64,000 nt of DNA, taken from the NCBI GenBank assembly GCA_964291675.2, contig OZ219866.1, positions 2,880,001-2,944,000 on the forward strand, in the 5' to 3' direction. A program made the position numbers and the translations under genes. Positions within the stretch are counted from its first letter, which is position 1. The number at the start of each line of letters is the position of its first letter. Positions 19,677-30,627 of this stretch are shown here, piece by piece. Source of the DNA: Alphaproteobacteria bacterium (GTDB taxonomy: Bacteria > Pseudomonadota > Alphaproteobacteria > MPNO01). The notes under the pieces were generated by a model. It worked only from the letters and a program-made list of their open reading frames with translations. It was not told where the DNA came from and did not search any database.

Positions 19677-20486
19677 TCAGGCCATCACGCTCTCGGCGTG
19701 GCCGTAGTCGAATATTTCCGGCTCGATGTCGCCGGCGTAGATCGCCCGCACCCGGTCCTCGCTCAGCGGGAAGCTGAACTCGGCGTTGCGCATCGGGATG
19801 CGCAGCCGGAGCTGTTCGAGGACCAGCGTCTCCAGCAGGTCGAGCTGCGCCTCCGACCAGCCCTCCTCGTCGAGGCCGACGATGCCTTCCAGCATGTGGC
19901 CGAACTCGTCCTCATAGACCTTGGTGCAGGCCTCGGCGATCATGTCGTCCGTGCCGCCCCGCCCCTTGAGCCGCATCCCCTCGCGGAACAGGGTGCAGTA
20001 GCCGCCCTCGGTGAAACGGCTCGCGCGCACGCCGAGCGCGCCGTGCTCGGCGTTGTGGCGGTGGCGGGTGCGGGTGAGCTCCGCGTCCTCGTCCCAGGTC
20101 TCCAGCTCGTGCGGGTTCATCGGCGGCGTGCCGGGGCCGCGGATCGCGTCGTAGATGTCGGCGAAGCGGGCGTAGTGGTCGAACTCGTCGTGCAGGATCT
20201 CGATCAGCTCCAGCGCGTAGCGCCGGTCGACCCCGCCCTCGCCGGTGTCGATCTTCGGAAAGATCTCGCCGAGCTCGGTGATCGGCCCCATGAACACGCC
20301 CATGTTCTTGTACTCGCCGATGCCGGTGCCGTTGAACTCCTTCGAGCACTGGCGGCGCAGCCACAGCAGCTCGCTCTCGTGGTTGCGCACGGGGGAGTCC
20401 CAGTAGGTCCGGACCACCTCGGCCTCGCCGGCCCAGAGCGGCGCCGACACCTCGATCAGCCTGGTCAGTCTCTCGCTCAGCGCCAT
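19677..20486 (-). CDS. Ferritin-like diiron-carboxylate protein of unknown function
   Basis: Two ExxH motifs (DEFDH, DEFGH) plus candidate ligands KEF and TEGG; GGAGG RBS before ATG 20486. Confidence 0.7.
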   Translation of the reverse strand: MALSERLTRLIEVSAPLWAGEAEVVRTYWDSPVRNHESELLWLRRQCSKEFNGTGIGEYKNMGVFMGPITELGEIFPKIDTGEGGVDRRYALELIEILHDEFDHYARFADIYDAIRGPGTPPMNPHELETWDEDAELTRTRHRHNAEHGALGVRASRFTEGGYCTLFREGMRLKGRGGTDDMIAEACTKVYEDEFGHMLEGIVGLDEEGWSEAQLDLLETLVLEQLRLRIPMRNAEFSFPLSEDRVRAIYAGDIEPEIFDYGHAESVMA

Positions 20487-20574
20487 CCTTGCCTCCGTCG
20501 CGTTCGCCATGCCCATGCTCCGCTGGCAGTCTACGCGCAACCATCTGGACAGGCCACAACGGGAGGACGAAGCG

Positions 20575-20889
20575 ATGTCCTACTGCCTTGCCTATATGAC
20601 GGCGGCGAGCGTCGCGGAGGCGAAGACCATCGGCCGCGCGCTGGTCGAGGACCGGCTCGCCGCCTGCGTCAACGTCGTCCCCGGCATGGTCTCGCTCTAT
20701 CGCTGGGAGGGCGCGCTGGAGGAGGCCGAGGAGGTCGTGCTGATCGCCAAGACGCGGGCCGAGAAGTTCGATGCGCTGGCGCGGCGGGTGGCGGATATCC
20801 ACCCCTACGACACGCCGTGTGCGATCCGGCTCGACATCTCCGCCGGCCTTGCGCCCTTCCTCGACTGGATCGCGGAGGAAACCGGCTGA
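20575..20889 (+). CDS. cutA: Divalent-cation tolerance protein CutA
   Basis: LVEDRLAACVN, SLYRWEG and HPYDTP motifs. Confidence 0.92.
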   Translation: MSYCLAYMTAASVAEAKTIGRALVEDRLAACVNVVPGMVSLYRWEGALEEAEEVVLIAKTRAEKFDALARRVADIHPYDTPCAIRLDISAGLAPFLDWIAEETG

Positions 20890-20938
20890 ACGCCGCGTTC
20901 TTGCCCTTCTTCCCGTCGCGCGCTAGCGTCCGGCGGCG

Positions 20939-21460
20939 ATGAGCGAAGCCGTCAGACTGGCGCATCACGACTTCTACCCGGACCGCCGGATCCGCACGAT
21001 CCTCGCGAACGTGCGGACCATCGCCATGGTGGGCGCGAGCACGCTGTGGCGCCGGCCGAGCTTCTACGCGATGAAGTACCTGCAAAAGCGCGGCTACCGG
21101 GTGATCCCGGTCAACCCGGCGCGGGCGGGGGCGGAGATTTTGGGCGAGACGGTGCATCCCGACATCGCCGCGGCACCCGGGCCGATCGACATGGTCGACG
21201 TCTTCCGCCCCTCCGAAGAGGCGCTGGAGATCGCGAGGGACGCGATCGCCAACAGGGACGCGAAGGGCATCCAGGTGCTCTGGATGCAGCTCTCGGTGCG
21301 CAACGACGAGGCGGCCAGGCTCGCCGAGGAAGCGGGGCTGGTCGTCGTCATGGACCGCTGCCCCAAGATCGAGTATGCGAGGCTCTCGGGCGAGCTCGGC
21401 TGGAGCGGCATCAACTCCGGCATCGTCACCGCCAAGAGCCTGAGGCCGCCTCGGGCATGA
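20939..21460 (+). CDS. CoA-binding protein (YccU-like)
   Basis: IAMVGAS, VIPVNP, IDMVDVFR, LWMQL and MDRCPKIE motifs. Confidence 0.9.
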   Translation: MSEAVRLAHHDFYPDRRIRTILANVRTIAMVGASTLWRRPSFYAMKYLQKRGYRVIPVNPARAGAEILGETVHPDIAAAPGPIDMVDVFRPSEEALEIARDAIANRDAKGIQVLWMQLSVRNDEAARLAEEAGLVVVMDRCPKIEYARLSGELGWSGINSGIVTAKSLRPPRA

Positions 21461-22791
21461 CCGAACGGGGGCGCATCAAGGCGCTGCTCGATGCGCTCCC
21501 CGACGAGGGGGAGGCGCGCGCGCCCGGCTTCGAGACCCTCGCCGTCCATGCCGGCGCCAGGCCCGACCCGGTGACCGGCGCCCGCGCGACGCCGATCTAC
21601 CAGACCACCTCCTTCGCCTTCGACGACGCCGACCACGCCGCGGAGCTGTTCAACCTCCAGACCTTCGGCTACATCTATTCGCGGCTCACCAACCCGACCG
21701 TCGCGGTGCTGGAGGAGCGCATCGCCGCGCTCGAAGGCGGGCGCGGCGCGGTGGCCACCGCGTCGGGGCACGCCGCGCAGTTCCTCGCCGCGGCCACGCT
21801 GCTCGAGCCGGGCGACGAGTTCCTCGCCTCGCGCCACCTCTATGGCGGCTCGCTCACCCAGTTCGGGATCACCTTCGCCAGGCTCGGCTGGACCTGCCGC
21901 TTCGTCGACATGACCGATGTCTACAACGTCCGGGCGGCGATGACCGACAAGGTGAAGTTCGTCTTCTGCGAGTCGCTCGCCAACCCAGGCGGGGTGGTGA
22001 TCGACATCGAGCCCATCGCGCGAATCGCGGCCGAGTGGGGGGTTCCGCTGGTGGTCGACAACACGCTCGCCTCGCCCTGGCTGATGCGCCCCTTCGAGTG
22101 GGGCGCCGACATCTCGATCCATTCGATGACCAAGTTCATTGGCGGCCACGGCAACACGATGGGCGGCGTCGTCGTCGAGTCGGGCCGCTTCGACTGGACC
22201 GCGAACGACAAGTTTCCCGGGCTCACGCGACCGGACCCGGCCTATCACGGGCTCACCTTCGCCGAGACCTTCGGCGATTTCGCGCTGACCATGAAGATGC
22301 GCGCCGTCGCGCTGCGCGACTACGGGGCGAGCCTCTCGGCGCAGTCGGCCTTCGCCCTGCTCCAGGGGGTCGAGACCCTGCCGCTCAGGATGGAACGGCA
22401 TTGCGCGAACGCGCTCGCCGTCGCGCGCTGGCTCGAAGCCCATCCCAGGGTCGCCTGGGTCTCCTATGCCGGGCTCGAGTCCTCGCCCTACCGGGAGCTT
22501 GCGCAAAAATACCTGCCGCGCGGCGCGGGGGCCGTGCTGACCTTCGGCGTGAAGGGCGGCTACGAGGCGGGGATCGCCGTGGTCGACCGGGTCGAGCTGT
22601 TCTCCCACCTCGCCAATATCGGCGACACCAGGAGCCTGATCATCCACCCCGCCTCGACCACCCACCGCCAGCTCGACGAGGAGCAGCAGATCCGCGCCGG
22701 CGCCGGGCCCGAGGTGGTCCGCCTGTCGGTCGGAATCGAGACGGTGGACGACCTGATCGCCGACCTCGACCGTGCGCTCGCCGGGGTGTGA
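21457..22791 (+). CDS. metY: O-acetylhomoserine aminocarboxypropyltransferase/sulfhydrylase
   Basis: PIYQTTS, YSRLTNPT, HSMTKFIGGHG (PLP lysine), HPASTTH. Confidence 0.92.
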   Translation: MTERGRIKALLDALPDEGEARAPGFETLAVHAGARPDPVTGARATPIYQTTSFAFDDADHAAELFNLQTFGYIYSRLTNPTVAVLEERIAALEGGRGAVATASGHAAQFLAAATLLEPGDEFLASRHLYGGSLTQFGITFARLGWTCRFVDMTDVYNVRAAMTDKVKFVFCESLANPGGVVIDIEPIARIAAEWGVPLVVDNTLASPWLMRPFEWGADISIHSMTKFIGGHGNTMGGVVVESGRFDWTANDKFPGLTRPDPAYHGLTFAETFGDFALTMKMRAVALRDYGASLSAQSAFALLQGVETLPLRMERHCANALAVARWLEAHPRVAWVSYAGLESSPYRELAQKYLPRGAGAVLTFGVKGGYEAGIAVVDRVELFSHLANIGDTRSLIIHPASTTHRQLDEEQQIRAGAGPEVVRLSVGIETVDDLIADLDRALAGV

Positions 22792-22796
22792 TCGGC

Positions 22797-22893
22797 GTCC
22801 CTCGATACGGCGCTTGCGCGCCTACTCGGGATGAGGGTGTAGGAAAATGGCCTCATCCTGAGCAGGCCGCCGCAGGCGGGCGTATCGAAGGAC
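22797..22893. repeat. Palindromic intergenic repeat family A (REP/RIME-like)
   Basis: GTCCCTCGATACG…CTCGGGATGAGG / CCTCATCCTGAG…CGTATCGAAGGAC inverted arms between convergent genes. Confidence 0.8.
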
Positions 22894-22894
22894 C

Positions 22895-23704
22895 TCAGCG
22901 GTCTTCCCAGCGCGGCTCGCGCTTTTCGAGAAAGGCGTCGATCCCTTCGCCGGCGTCGCGGGCGAGCATGTTGCGCGTCATCGCCTCGCTGGCGACGCGG
23001 TAGGCGTCCTCGAACCCGGCCTCGACCTGGCGGTAGAACGCCTGCTTGCCGATGGCGATGGTGAGCGCCGACTTTTGCGCGATGCGCGCGGCCAGCGCGT
23101 CGGTCTCCGCCTCCAGCGCCTCCGGCGCGACCACGCGGTTGACGAGGCCGTACCCGGCCGCGGTTTCGGCATCGATCGCATCGCCCGTCAGCAGCATCTC
23201 CATCATCCGCTTGCGCGGCACGTTGCGGCTGATCGCGACCATCGGCGTCGAGCAGAACAGGCCGATCTCGACGCCGGGCGTCGCGAACTTGGCATCGCTG
23301 GAGGCCACCGCGAGGTCGCAGCTCGCGACGAGCTGGCAGCCCGCCGCCGTCGCCGTTCCCTGCACCCGGGCGATCGCCGGCTTGGGCAGGCGGATCAGCG
23401 ACAGCATCAGCTTGCCGCTCTCGCCGAACAGGGCCGCCACGGCCTCCTTCGACGGGTTCGCGCGCAGCTCCCGCATGTCGTGGCCGGCGCAGAAGGCGGG
23501 GCCGTTGGCGCCGATCACCAGCACGCGCACCGAGGGATCGGCGGCGATCGAGTCGATCTCCGACTGGAGCGCCGCCATCGCCGCGCTCGACAGCGCGTTG
23601 CGCGCCGCCGGACGGTTGAGCACCAGCGTCGCGATGCCGTCCGCGTCGCGCCTCAGCACCGGCGCGTCGTTGCTCGCCGCGTCGTGGGACAGATTGGTTG
23701 CCAT
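22895..23704 (-). CDS. Enoyl-CoA hydratase
   Basis: NRPAARNALS, FCAGHD, ATAAGCQLVA and GLFCSTP motifs. Confidence 0.92.
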   Translation of the reverse strand: MATNLSHDAASNDAPVLRRDADGIATLVLNRPAARNALSSAAMAALQSEIDSIAADPSVRVLVIGANGPAFCAGHDMRELRANPSKEAVAALFGESGKLMLSLIRLPKPAIARVQGTATAAGCQLVASCDLAVASSDAKFATPGVEIGLFCSTPMVAISRNVPRKRMMEMLLTGDAIDAETAAGYGLVNRVVAPEALEAETDALAARIAQKSALTIAIGKQAFYRQVEAGFEDAYRVASEAMTRNMLARDAGEGIDAFLEKREPRWEDR

Positions 23705-23826
23705 CGGGCGATCCCCAAGGTCGATCCGGCGCCAATCTGGCGCGGCCAGGGGCGCGAGGCAAGGGCGCGATCTCGCATAACATGTTACGCTCCCATAAAT
23801 CCCTGCTCCCAAAAGCCTTTCCGGCA

Positions 23827-23854
23827 TTGACACTGCGAAAACTTCTGCGATACT
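23827..23854 (+). promoter_or_regulatory. Sigma70-like promoter of rplM-rpsI
   Basis: TTGACA-N16-GATACT about 50 bp upstream of rplM. Confidence 0.6.
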
Positions 23855-23903
23855 CGCGCGCCGTTCCGCGCTGGCGGACGGGATTCTACGGGCGGGGCTA
23901 ACG

Positions 23904-24368
23904 ATGCGCACCTATTCCGCGAAACCGGCGGATGTCGAGAGCAAGTGGTACCTGGTCGACGCCGACGGGCTGGTGGTCGGACGGCTGGCCGCCGTGGTCG
24001 CCCGCATGCTGCGCGGCAAGCACAAGCCGATCTTCACGCCGCATATCGATTGCGGCGACAACATCGTGGTGATCAACGCCGGCAAGATCCGGCTCACCGG
24101 CCGCAAGCGGGAGCAGAAGACCTATTACCGCCACACCGGCTATCCCGGCGGCATCAAGAGCACCACGGCGGAGAAGATTCTGGCCGGCGCCCATCCCGAG
24201 CGGGTGGTCGAGAAGGCGGTGCAGCGCATGCTCCCCAAGGGTCCGCTCGGGCGCAAGCAGTTCGGCAAGCTCCGGGTCTATGCCGGCTCCGAGCACCCGC
24301 ACGAGGCGCAGCAGCCCGAGACGCTGGACATCGCCGCTCTCAACCCGAAGAACGCCAGGAGCAGATGA
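23904..24368 (+). CDS. rplM: 50S ribosomal protein L13
   Basis: [27 protein letters not shown] and HPHEAQQP. Confidence 0.98.
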   Translation: MRTYSAKPADVESKWYLVDADGLVVGRLAAVVARMLRGKHKPIFTPHIDCGDNIVVINAGKIRLTGRKREQKTYYRHTGYPGGIKSTTAEKILAGAHPERVVEKAVQRMLPKGPLGRKQFGKLRVYAGSEHPHEAQQPETLDIAALNPKNARSR

Positions 24369-24859
24369 TGGCAGACCAGGACACGGCGACGCTCGGCGAC
24401 GTCATGCCCGAGGGGCTGGTGGCGGAGCCGCCGGCCGAGGCCGCGCCGGTCTACGAGCGCAAGGTCGACGAACACGGCCGCTCCTATGCCACGGGCAAGC
24501 GCAAGAACGCGGTCGCCCGGGTGTGGATCAAGCCGGGCTCGGGGCGGATCACCGTCAACGGGCGCGAGGGCGAGGCCTATTTCGCGCGGCCCGTCCTGCA
24601 GATGCTGCTCAACCAGCCCTTCCTGGTGGCCGACCGCGACAACCAGTACGACGTCTGGTGCACGGTCAAGGGCGGCGGACTGTCGGGCCAGGCCGGCGCC
24701 GTGCGCCACGGCATCTCGCGCGCGCTCACCCATGCCGAGCCGGCGCTGCGCCCGATCCTCAAGCGCGGCGGGTTCCTGACCCGCGACGCCCGCGTGGTCG
24801 AGCGCAAGAAATACGGCAAGCGCAAGGCGCGACGCAGCTTCCAGTTCTCCAAGCGCTAG
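24368..24859 (+). CDS. rpsI: 30S ribosomal protein S9
   Basis: [22 protein letters not shown] and ERKKYG…QFSKR; alternative start at 24365. Confidence 0.98.
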   Translation: MADQDTATLGDVMPEGLVAEPPAEAAPVYERKVDEHGRSYATGKRKNAVARVWIKPGSGRITVNGREGEAYFARPVLQMLLNQPFLVADRDNQYDVWCTVKGGGLSGQAGAVRHGISRALTHAEPALRPILKRGGFLTRDARVVERKKYGKRKARRSFQFSKR

Positions 24860-24871
24860 TGTCCCCTCACC

Positions 24872-24946
24872 CGTCATGCCCGGACTTGCTCCGGGCATCT
24901 CGCTCGGCCGGTCGCGTGGATGGCCGGAACAAGTCCGGCCATGACG
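24872..24946. repeat. CGTC-tagged palindromic repeat family B
   Basis: CGTCATGCCCGGACTTGCTCCGGGCATC…GATGGCCGGAACAAGTCCGGCCATGACG. Confidence 0.85.
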
Positions 24947-25013
24947 GGGTGGGGACAGGGTGCGAAAGCACACCGACATCCGAAACAGGACATTGCGTGC
25001 GCAACCCCTCCCG

Positions 25014-25123
25014 CCCTTCGATACGCGGCTTCGCCGCTACTCAGGGTGAGGGTATGGTGGGGCCAGCAATGAACTTCCCTCATCCCGAGCAGCCCCGGAC
25101 TCGATCCGGGGCGTAGCGCGGGA
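25014..25123. repeat. Palindromic repeat family A
   Basis: CCCTTCGATACG…CTACTCAGGGTGAGG…CCTCATCCCGAGCAG, same architecture as 22797-22893. Confidence 0.75.
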
Positions 25124-25144
25124 CGCATCGCCGGAGGTGATGCC

Positions 25145-26190
<1,046 letters not shown>

Positions 26191-26194
<4 letters not shown>

Positions 26195-26727
26195 GCGCCG
26201 CGGACGGCGCCACCCTGCTGCCCTATCGCGGCACCTGGCCCAGCATCGATCCGACCGCGTTCGTCGCCGAGGGCTGCCGCATCGTGGGCGATGTCGAGAT
26301 CGGCGCCGAGGCCAATATCTGGTTCAACTGCGTCATCCGGGGGGACGAGCACAGCGTGCGCATCGGCGCGCGCTCGAACATCCAGGACGGCACGGTGATC
26401 CACGTCCACAGCGCCAAGCAGGGCACCTGGATCGGCGCCGACGTGACAATCGGCCACAAGGCGCTGCTGCATGCCTGCACGGTCGAGGACGGCGGCTTCG
26501 TCGGCATGGGCGCGATCGTGCTCGACGAGGCGGTGATCGAGGGCGGCGGGATGCTCGCCGCCGGCGCCATGCTGACCCCGGGCAAGCGCCTGCCCAGGGG
26601 CGAGCTCTGGGCCGGCAGCCCGGCGCGGCCTGCCCGCGCGCTCACCGCAGACGAGCTCGCGGCGTTCGCCCAGACCGTCGAGAACTACCGCGCCCGCGGC
26701 CAGGAATACCGCCGCGACGGGGCTTAG
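26191..26727 (+). CDS. Gamma carbonic anhydrase family (hexapeptide repeat) protein
   Basis: IVGDVEIG, SNIQDGTVIH and TIGHKALLHAC; GTGA overlap with argC. Confidence 0.92.
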
Positions 26728-26823
26728 CGCCGCTCCGCCGGCCGGCCGGCTTGGCCGGAAAACCGTCAAAGCACTAGCATTCGATGTGGACCGGTCGCAG
26801 GATGGCGGTCGAGGAGACATCCC

Positions 26824-28194
26824 ATGCCTGCCATTCGCAGCCTCGTCGTCGCGTGCGGCATCCTCCTTGTTCTGGCGGCGGGTGCCGCGCATCCCCGGGC
26901 GGAGAGCACCGACCGCGCCGTTGCCCGGGCGTTCCTGACCCTGCTCGTGGGCGAGGCGGGCGACAAGGCGCGCGCCTGGGAGCTGATCGAGACCCAATGG
27001 CAGCCGTCATTCCTGCCGATGGCTCTCGAGACGATCCGCCTCAGCCGCGACGCGGAGGTCTCCGGCGTCCTGGTGGGACTCATGGAACGGGAGGCCGGCG
27101 CCCGGCTCGGCCACGACCTCGGGGCGTGGCAACGCAGGATGTGGAATGCGCCCGAGGCGCGGCACCCCCGCTACGCCGCCTTCAAGAGCGCGCTCTACAG
27201 CCTCATCGACCCGCGGTTCTCGGCATATTTCGATACGCCCGGGAATGCGCTCATCCGGCTCGACGAGATCGTCTGGGGCGGCGTGCGGCAGGACGGCATC
27301 CCGCCGCTTCGCAACCCGGCGATGCTGGCCGCGGAGGACGCCTCCTATCTGGCGGACGACCACATCGTGTTCGGCATCTCCGTCAACGGCGATGCGCGCG
27401 CCTATCCGAAGCGCATCCTCGCCTGGCACGAGATGTTCGTCGACACCGTGGGCGGCGTGCCGGTCGCCGGCGTCTACTGCACGCTCTGCGGCACCGTGAT
27501 CCTCTATCGCACCGGCCACCAGGGCGTGCGTCACCGGCTCGGCACCAGCGGCTTCCTCTACCGTTCGAACAAGCTGATGTACGACCAGGCCACCCAGTCG
27601 CTGTGGAGCACGATGGAGGGCGCGCCGGTCGTCGGGCCGCTCGCCGGGAAGGGCATCGTGCTGGAGCGCGGGGCCGTGGTGACGACGACCTGGGGCGAGT
27701 GGCGGCGGCGCCACCCCGGAACCCTCGTGCTCTCGCTCGATACCGGCCACCGGCGCGACTACGCCGAAGGGGCCGCCTATCGCGACTACTTCGCGACCGA
27801 CGAGCCGATGTTCCAGGTCCCGGTCCTCGACACGCGGCTGAAGAACAAGGACGAGGTGTTCGCCCTGCGGCTCGCCCGCCACCCCGAGGCGCCGCTCGCC
27901 ATATCGGCCGAGTTCCTCGCCGCGAACCCGGTCCATCACGATGCGATCGAGGGCACGGCGCTCGTGGTGCTCACCGATCCGTCGGGCGCCAACCGCGCCT
28001 ATGCCAGCGAGGACGTGACGTTCGCCCGCTACGACGGCGACCGCGGCGTCGAGGACAGCGCCGGCACGGTGTGGACGATGGACGAGCACGCCCTGACCGC
28101 CGAGGACGGGCGTGTGCTGCGCCGTCTCCCGGCGCAGCGGGCGTTCTGGTTCGGCTGGTTCGCCGCGTTCCCAAACACCCGGCTGGTGCCGTAG
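26824..28194 (+). CDS. DUF3179 family exported protein (CxxC form)
   Basis: Signal peptide; GGVRQDGIPPL, RAYP, YCTLCGT, SNKLMYD and FWFGWFAAFP. Confidence 0.85.
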   Translation: MPAIRSLVVACGILLVLAAGAAHPRAESTDRAVARAFLTLLVGEAGDKARAWELIETQWQPSFLPMALETIRLSRDAEVSGVLVGLMEREAGARLGHDLGAWQRRMWNAPEARHPRYAAFKSALYSLIDPRFSAYFDTPGNALIRLDEIVWGGVRQDGIPPLRNPAMLAAEDASYLADDHIVFGISVNGDARAYPKRILAWHEMFVDTVGGVPVAGVYCTLCGTVILYRTGHQGVRHRLGTSGFLYRSNKLMYDQATQSLWSTMEGAPVVGPLAGKGIVLERGAVVTTTWGEWRRRHPGTLVLSLDTGHRRDYAEGAAYRDYFATDEPMFQVPVLDTRLKNKDEVFALRLARHPEAPLAISAEFLAANPVHHDAIEGTALVVLTDPSGANRAYASEDVTFARYDGDRGVEDSAGTVWTMDEHALTAEDGRVLRRLPAQRAFWFGWFAAFPNTRLVP

Positions 28195-28249
28195 CGCGCC
28201 GCCGGCGTCCCGATTGACCGGCGGCGCCGGCTTCGCCCACCATCCCGGG

Positions 28250-29050
28250 ATGGGCGATGGTCCGCGGCAATTCGACCTGTTCGGGGACCGGCCGCCGGCC
28301 GCGCCGGATGCCGGGCCGGCATCGCCGCCGCTGCGGCCGGAAACGCTGTCCGACGACGAGATCCTCGACCTGTTGCCGGACGCGGCGATGCGGGATGCGG
28401 TCCTGCTGTGCCGCCTCGTCGTCGAACGCCGGCTCGGCGACCGCGCCCTGCCGGCGCTGGACCTTCTGTGGCGCCGCTTCCGGGGGTATGGCCGCGAGCG
28501 CCCCCAGCCGGAACAGGAGGCGGTGGTGCAAGCGCTCGCCCGGATCGGCACGAAGGAGGCGGCGGACCGGCTCGCCGGCATCGTCACCGCCGCGGATTTG
28601 CCGCCGCCGCTGCTGCCCGCCGCGCTGCCGGCGGCGCGCGATGCGGGGCTCACGCTGCCGCGCGGGTTCGCCTATCCCCTCCTCGGCCATGCCGATCCCC
28701 GGGTCAGGGCGCTCGCCGCGCGGCTTGGCCGGTTCGGCGGGGCCGACATCGCCGCGCTCGAGGAGCTGATCGGCGATTTTCATCGCCCGGTGCGGAGGGC
28801 GGCGGCGGTGGCGCTCGCGCGGCTGGGTGGCGCGAGCGCGAAGCCCGTCCTGCTCGAAGAGCTGCATCGCGATCCCGCGCGCGAGATCGTGACCGCGCTG
28901 GCGGGCATCGCCGACGACGATATCGCGGTGCATCTCGGCCGCTGCGCCGAAGCGCACCCGGCGCTCGCCGGTACGGTCGCGGCGGCGCTGGAGGAGATCG
29001 AGACCGAGCTCTCGCAGAAGATCGCGCGGCGCATCCGCGGAGCGGATTGA
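28250..29050 (+). CDS. HEAT-repeat protein
   Basis: DPRVRALAA and PVRRAAAVALARLG helical repeats. Confidence 0.65.
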   Translation: MGDGPRQFDLFGDRPPAAPDAGPASPPLRPETLSDDEILDLLPDAAMRDAVLLCRLVVERRLGDRALPALDLLWRRFRGYGRERPQPEQEAVVQALARIGTKEAADRLAGIVTAADLPPPLLPAALPAARDAGLTLPRGFAYPLLGHADPRVRALAARLGRFGGADIAALEELIGDFHRPVRRAAAVALARLGGASAKPVLLEELHRDPAREIVTALAGIADDDIAVHLGRCAEAHPALAGTVAAALEEIETELSQKIARRIRGAD

Positions 29051-29082
29051 CCCGTGGCGCCGGCCTGGCCCACCATCGGCGG

Positions 29083-30555
29083 ATGGAGAACCGCACCGGG
29101 AGCGAAGCCGACACCGCGATCCGCCGCTGCCGCGCGCTGCTCCCGCGCGACGGCGCGCTCGTCCTCGAGGACTGCGACATCGAGATGCGCGACGGCCTGA
29201 TCGCCCGGATCGCCGCGCCGGGCGAAGGCCGCGCCGCCGAAATCGTCGAGGGCGGAGACCGGCTGGTCGCGCCCGGGCTGGTCAACGCGCACACCCATTC
29301 GCCGCTCAACGTCCTGCGCGGGACGGCGGACGGGATGGACCATGTGGGCTTCATGTGGACCAACCAGGCCGTCACCGCCGGGCGCGGCGCCGAGGAGATC
29401 GCGGTCTCGGCGGCGCTCGGCGCGCTCGACATGCTGCGCTCGGGCGTCACCGCGGCGATCGACCACTACCCGGAGCAGAACTGCGCGGCCGAAGACGTGG
29501 CCCCCCTCGCGCGCGCCTATGCCGGGATCGGCATGCGGGCGGCGATCGCGCTCCGCGTGTTCGACCGCGCCTATGACGACATCGACCCCGCGCGGATCGA
29601 CGGCGTAGACCTCTCGATCGAGCGCGACCTCGGCGACAACCCGCTGGCGCCGCTCCCCGTCGACGAGATCGCTTCTGTGTGCGAAGCGGCCGCCGATGCC
29701 TGGCACGGCCATGGCGGGCTGGTCTCGATCATGCCCGGCCCGTCCAACCCGATCCGCTGTTCCGACGAGATGCTGCTGCGCTGCTACGAAATCGCCGCCG
29801 CGCGCGACCTCGGCATCCACACCCATCTGCTGGAGACCCGCATCCAGCGCACCCTCGCGGAAGAGCGCTACGGCCGCACCATGGTCGCCCAGCTCGACGC
29901 GCTCGGCATCCTCGACCGCCGATGGTCGCTCGCCCATACCGTCTGGGTGGACGGAGACGACATCGACCTGCTCGCGGCAAACAAGGCGGTCGTCGTCCAC
30001 AACCCGCACAGCAACTCCAAGATCGGCGCCGGCATCGCTCCGATCGCGCGGATGCTGGCAACGGGCGTCCCCGTCGCGCTCGGGACCGACGGGGCGAGCA
30101 CCAACGACACGCTGTCGATCCACGAGGCGATGAGCCTCGCGGCTCTGCTGCCGCGCATATCCGGCGTGCCGCGCGCCGACTGGCCGGACGCGGGGGACGC
30201 GTTCGACATGGCGACGAGGGGCGGCGCCGCGGCCTTCGTCTCCGGCCCCCGGCTCGGCGCGATCGAGGCGGGCGCGGCGGCCGACCTCGTGCTCTACGAC
30301 CTCGACGCGCCGAGCCTCGCGCCGCTCAACGACCCGCTGCAACAGCTCGTCTTCGCCGAGCGCGGGCGGGCGGTGCGCACGGTGCTGGTGGCCGGCAAGA
30401 TCGTCTACGAGGACGGGCGCTTCGCCTCCGCCGACGCCGAGGCGGCGATCCGGGCGGCCAAGGGAATGCGCGAGAGCCACGCGGAACGCAACCGCGCGCT
30501 CTACCGCTTCGCCGAGGCGCTGGAAGCGGCGCAGCAAAGCGCCGCGCGGCGCTGA
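29083..30555 (+). CDS. Metal-dependent amidohydrolase (MtaD/AtzA-like deaminase family)
   Basis: PGLVNAHTH, HTHLLE, LAH, LGTDG and GAAADLV motifs. Confidence 0.9.
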   Translation: MENRTGSEADTAIRRCRALLPRDGALVLEDCDIEMRDGLIARIAAPGEGRAAEIVEGGDRLVAPGLVNAHTHSPLNVLRGTADGMDHVGFMWTNQAVTAGRGAEEIAVSAALGALDMLRSGVTAAIDHYPEQNCAAEDVAPLARAYAGIGMRAAIALRVFDRAYDDIDPARIDGVDLSIERDLGDNPLAPLPVDEIASVCEAAADAWHGHGGLVSIMPGPSNPIRCSDEMLLRCYEIAAARDLGIHTHLLETRIQRTLAEERYGRTMVAQLDALGILDRRWSLAHTVWVDGDDIDLLAANKAVVVHNPHSNSKIGAGIAPIARMLATGVPVALGTDGASTNDTLSIHEAMSLAALLPRISGVPRADWPDAGDAFDMATRGGAAAFVSGPRLGAIEAGAAADLVLYDLDAPSLAPLNDPLQQLVFAERGRAVRTVLVAGKIVYEDGRFASADAEAAIRAAKGMRESHAERNRALYRFAEALEAAQQSAARR

Positions 30556-30627
30556 CGGGCGGCGCCTTCTCCCTTCGCCGGGTCGACCTGCTAGGATGCG
30601 CCGTTCGGTTGGCGGAGAGGGAGCGGC

